Shown here in pieces: positions 54,186-57,408 of a DNA stretch of 57,408 nucleotides. Each line of letters opens with the position of its first letter. Position 1 is the first letter of the stretch. The DNA lies in NCBI GenBank assembly GCA_035339375.1, contig DAOQID010000006.1:1-57408 (forward strand). Reading direction: 5' to 3'. The notes below the pieces were generated by a model. The model saw only the letters and a list, made by a program, of their open reading frames with translations. It made no database searches and was not told the DNA's origin. This DNA comes from Anaerolineales bacterium. GTDB taxonomy: Bacteria > Chloroflexota > Anaerolineae > Anaerolineales > Villigracilaceae. The translations under genes and the position numbers were made by a program.

Positions 54186-54794
54186 ATGTCTGACTTCTTT
54201 CTTACACAAGTTATTAATTTTGGTACACCACTTGTCGGGTTGATTCTTTTTCTGGGCGCGCTTGGTTTCCCCGTTGGCGCTTCGGTTGTGGTGATCGCAG
54301 CAGGCGCCTTCGGCCAGCAAGGCATATTGGACATTCCCTCTGCAGCCATTTACGGACTGCTTGGCGCAGTGATCGGCGACACACTCAGTTTTGGAATGGG
54401 ATACTACGCCAAAGATGCGGTCCAAAGGCGGTTCGGAAATTCAGCCGCATGGCAGGGCGCAACTGAAACTTTTCAAAAAAATGCAGGGATGGCGGTTTTT
54501 CTTACGCGCTGGCTCATTACCGCCATTGCCATCCCTACCAACCTGATCGCAGGCGGCAGCGGATATAAATATTCCCGCTTCATTTCCTATGATTTGACAG
54601 GCGAAATCGTGTGGATCATTTTGTACGGCGGGTTGGGTTACTTATTCGGCAGTCAGTGGGAATTGGTCTATGATTTTATGAGCAATTTCGGCGGGTTGAT
54701 CCTGGGCATAGTGTTGATGGGGTTTGGCATACGCCAGGCGCTGCAATGGCAAAAAAACAGCAGGGATAAAATTAACCAAAAAGCTGAGGCATAA
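54186..54794 (+). CDS. DedA/VTT family membrane protein
   Basis: GFPVG, AAGAF, GAVIGD, VFLTRW, NLIAG..F..YD..GE..W. Confidence 0.85.
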   Translation: MSDFFLTQVINFGTPLVGLILFLGALGFPVGASVVVIAAGAFGQQGILDIPSAAIYGLLGAVIGDTLSFGMGYYAKDAVQRRFGNSAAWQGATETFQKNAGMAVFLTRWLITAIAIPTNLIAGGSGYKYSRFISYDLTGEIVWIILYGGLGYLFGSQWELVYDFMSNFGGLILGIVLMGFGIRQALQWQKNSRDKINQKAEA

Positions 54795-54807
54795 GCCTCA
54801 GCTTTTT
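54778..54807. terminator. Bidirectional intrinsic terminator
   Basis: AAAAAGCTGAGGC-ATAA-GCCTCAGCTTTTT. Confidence 0.8.
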
Positions 54808-54818
54808 ACTTTTTCAAC

Positions 54819-55310
54819 CTAGTGATGGTGATGCCCATCTTCATGGACATGACCGTGGTCAAGTTCTTCTTCCGTTGGTTCGCGGAGGGCAACCACTTTC
54901 ACATAAAACGATAACTCTGCACCCGCCAGCGGATGGTTGAAATCTAGGCGGACGGTGTCCTTGTCAAAACTGGCCACGTAGGCAGCCTGATGATTCCCAT
55001 CTTCGTCTGTTACGTGCAATTCCATGCCTTCTTCCAGCTTCATATCAGCAGGAAATTCGGTGCGCGGCACATCCATGAAGGCGTCATCGTCAAACTCGCC
55101 GTAGCCGTCTTCAGGTTGAACCACCACATCCTTGCTGTCACCGATCTTCATGCCCATCATTTCCTTTTCGAGACCTGGAATGATGTTTCCATAACCAACA
55201 AGGAACTGCAATGGCCCTGCTTCGTCAGACGAATCCAACACTTCGCCATCCACTGTCAATTTGTAGTCCATTGAAACGACCAGACCATCCTGTACTGTAT
55301 CTTTGCTCAT
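54819..55310 (-). CDS. slyD: FKBP-type peptidyl-prolyl isomerase SlyD
   Basis: IIPGLE, PEDGYG, DFNHPLAG, His-rich tail HGHVHEDGHHH. Confidence 0.92.
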   Translation of the reverse strand: MSKDTVQDGLVVSMDYKLTVDGEVLDSSDEAGPLQFLVGYGNIIPGLEKEMMGMKIGDSKDVVVQPEDGYGEFDDDAFMDVPRTEFPADMKLEEGMELHVTDEDGNHQAAYVASFDKDTVRLDFNHPLAGAELSFYVKVVALREPTEEELDHGHVHEDGHHHH

Positions 55311-55448
55311 TCGTTTTTCCTTTTCTTGAATTATCGCGTCGCACAATGTGACAATTTTTTACCAGATCATGCGATACTGTGTATCGCGCTCATTTTACCA
55401 GCGAATTCAGCCTTCATCCTTGATAATTCATCCTTTATAATCTTTTTT

Positions 55449-56330
55449 ATGCGCTACGACTTATGCCTGCCCTGGTACTGGGAATATGACGATGCTTTCG
55501 TCGGGATGGTGGAACGTACCTGTATTGAACAGGGCCTTTCCCTCTGGCAGATCAAGCCAGATAACCTGCTTGAATCCATCACTGCCCTGTACAAAGGAGT
55601 GACCACTTTCAAAACCCTGCTCCACCGCGGACAGGGTGAAGCCATTTTCGACCCAATTCCCCGTTGGGCAAAGGAATTCAACGCGCGGCGTATCAATCCC
55701 GCCGAAGTTTCGGCATGGTCTGAAGACAAAGCCACCATGCATCTCGAATTGATCAGTGCAGGTCTGCATACACCTCACACCATTTTGCTGCCGCCTTTTC
55801 TGGAGCAACCTGTTGTGCCTGAAATCAATCTGGCGCCTTTGGGCGGGAATTTTGTCATCAAGCCATCGAATGGCGGCGGCGGTGAAGGGGTCATCATTGG
55901 GGCAAATACGATTGAAGAGATTCTACATGCCCGCATGGAATACCCAGAACAAAAATATTTGCTTCAGGCACATATCACTCCACGCGTCATTGAAGACACA
56001 CCTGCATGGTTCCGTGTCTTTTATGCCAACCAGGAGACCTACCCCTGCTGGTGGAACACCGAGACACACGCCTACCGCCCTGTTTCAGCGGAGGAAGAGT
56101 CTCAGCACCGCCTGGGCAGGCTGCGGGATGTAACGAAGCGGATCGCATCCATCTGCAAGCTGGATTGGTTTTCAACAGAGATCGCCCTCGCCGAAGAATT
56201 CATCGTCGTGGATTATGTCAACGACGAAATTGATACGCGGGTTCAATCGCAGGCGCTGGATGGCGTACCAGACGAGATCATGGAATGCGTTGCAAAACAG
56301 CTGGTAAAAATTGCCAAGGAGAATGCATGA
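55449..56330 (+). CDS. ATP-grasp fold protein of unknown function
   Basis: INP...DKATMH..L...GL.TP.T, FVIKPSNGGGGEGV, YLLQ.HI, FRVFY, WFSTE, VDYVND. Confidence 0.65.
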   Translation: MRYDLCLPWYWEYDDAFVGMVERTCIEQGLSLWQIKPDNLLESITALYKGVTTFKTLLHRGQGEAIFDPIPRWAKEFNARRINPAEVSAWSEDKATMHLELISAGLHTPHTILLPPFLEQPVVPEINLAPLGGNFVIKPSNGGGGEGVIIGANTIEEILHARMEYPEQKYLLQAHITPRVIEDTPAWFRVFYANQETYPCWWNTETHAYRPVSAEEESQHRLGRLRDVTKRIASICKLDWFSTEIALAEEFIVVDYVNDEIDTRVQSQALDGVPDEIMECVAKQLVKIAKENA

Positions 56331-57406
56331 AAAATGTACGAGCAAGAGACCTGGGGATTCCATTTGAAGGACTCACAGGAGAGAACAATGCGATCACAGA
56401 CGTTTCAAATGTGACCGTTGGGTATGCCACCGTGATCGAAGGCCCTTCAGCGCGGACAGGGGTGACGATCATCCACCCGCGTGGAGACAAAGACCACACA
56501 CCTGTGTTTGCTGGCATCCATTCGTTCAATGGGAACGGAGAAATGACAGGCGCGGCATGGGTGGAAGAAGGCGGCATGCTGGAAGGCCCCATCGGAATTA
56601 CGAACACCCACAGCGTTGGGATCGTGCGCGATTCCATCGTAGCCTGGCAGGTGAAAAACGATGCGCTGTATCAAAAGTGGTCGTGCCCTGTAGTGGCCGA
56701 AACCGCCGATGGCTGGCTGAACGACATGAATGGATTTCATGTGAATGAAAACCATGTGCTCCAGGCTTTGAACTCCGCAAAAAACGGCTCAATTGAAGAA
56801 GGGAACGTGGGTGGAGGAACGGGCATGCTGTGCTACGAATTCAAAGGCGGAACGGGCACATCTTCACGCAAACTGCCCGCCAAACTCGGCGGCTGGACGG
56901 TGGGCGTACTGGTCCAAGCCAACTTCGGCAGACGCTATCAATTGACCATTGCGGGCACGCCCATGGGACAATATTTCAAAGATGATGCGCCATTTACGAA
57001 CGGTGAAAATCCATTCAGGCAGGATGACGGCTCGTTGATCGTCATTGTAGCCACCGATGCGCCTGTGCTGCCTCATCAACTAAAACGCCTTGCAAAACGT
57101 GCCACCATCGGCATGGCACGGACTGGCAGTTTGGGCGGCAATGGCTCGGGGGATATTTTCCTCGCTTTTTCCACCGCCAACCCACAAGCCGCACATGATG
57201 GCGAAATGGGCGTTGCCAACATTCAGTCCCTCTCCAACAACTATATCGACCCGATCCTTGCGGCCACTGCCTATGCAACTGAAGAAGCCATTATCAATGC
57301 CATGGTGGCAGCCAAAGATATGAAAGGCCACAACGACGTGGACGCCAAAGCATTACCGCACGATGGCGTGCGGGAAGTGCTAAAACGTTACAATAGAATT
57401 GGTTGA
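56327..57406 (+). CDS. P1/DmpA family aminopeptidase (S58, L-aminopeptidase/D-esterase-like)
   Basis: RARDLGI, NAITDV..V.VG, NGNGEMTG, EGNVGGGTGM, FKGGTGTSSR, GSLIVIVATDAP, NGSGDI; ATGA overlap with the ATP-grasp gene. Confidence 0.88.
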   Translation: MKNVRARDLGIPFEGLTGENNAITDVSNVTVGYATVIEGPSARTGVTIIHPRGDKDHTPVFAGIHSFNGNGEMTGAAWVEEGGMLEGPIGITNTHSVGIVRDSIVAWQVKNDALYQKWSCPVVAETADGWLNDMNGFHVNENHVLQALNSAKNGSIEEGNVGGGTGMLCYEFKGGTGTSSRKLPAKLGGWTVGVLVQANFGRRYQLTIAGTPMGQYFKDDAPFTNGENPFRQDDGSLIVIVATDAPVLPHQLKRLAKRATIGMARTGSLGGNGSGDIFLAFSTANPQAAHDGEMGVANIQSLSNNYIDPILAATAYATEEAIINAMVAAKDMKGHNDVDAKALPHDGVREVLKRYNRIG

Positions 57407-57408
57407 GA

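Overview
57-kb window of bacterial chromosome. Gene style (CpXC protein, LysM/LCP proteins, sortase-fused giant protein, heptamer and GTAG-type repeats) suggests Chloroflexota, probably Anaerolineae; this is inference. Housekeeping genes include tilS, mce, pepF, yvcK, gap-pgk-tpiA, obgE, dedA and slyD. Four regions stand out. (i) At 1.4-8.6 kb, a cell-envelope block with two apparent pseudoenzymes: a sensor kinase whose phospho-acceptor His is Gln, and a tyrosine-recombinase homologue lacking most catalytic residues. (ii) At 11.4-25.3 kb, a light/photo-oxidative-stress island: crtB divergent from crtI, CarH-type B12 photoreceptor, DICT protein, DegV, several DUF proteins, MFS transporter, photolyase, P450, lycopene cyclase and F420 oxidoreductase. 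It has mirror-image promoters and hides a selenoprotein (UxxC plus SECIS-like hairpin) that the ORF track truncated. (iii) At 30.5-38.4 kb, a ~2,620-aa secreted adhesin-like protein carrying an LPATG motif directly followed by its own intact-looking class-F sortase domain, i.e. a candidate self-anchoring surface protein. (iv) A structured 5' leader in front of a class III aminotransferase. Several genes look leaderless (-10 box 6-7 nt before the start codon). No rRNA, tRNA, CRISPR array or IS element was recognised. All family calls come from motif recognition by eye; no database searches were run.
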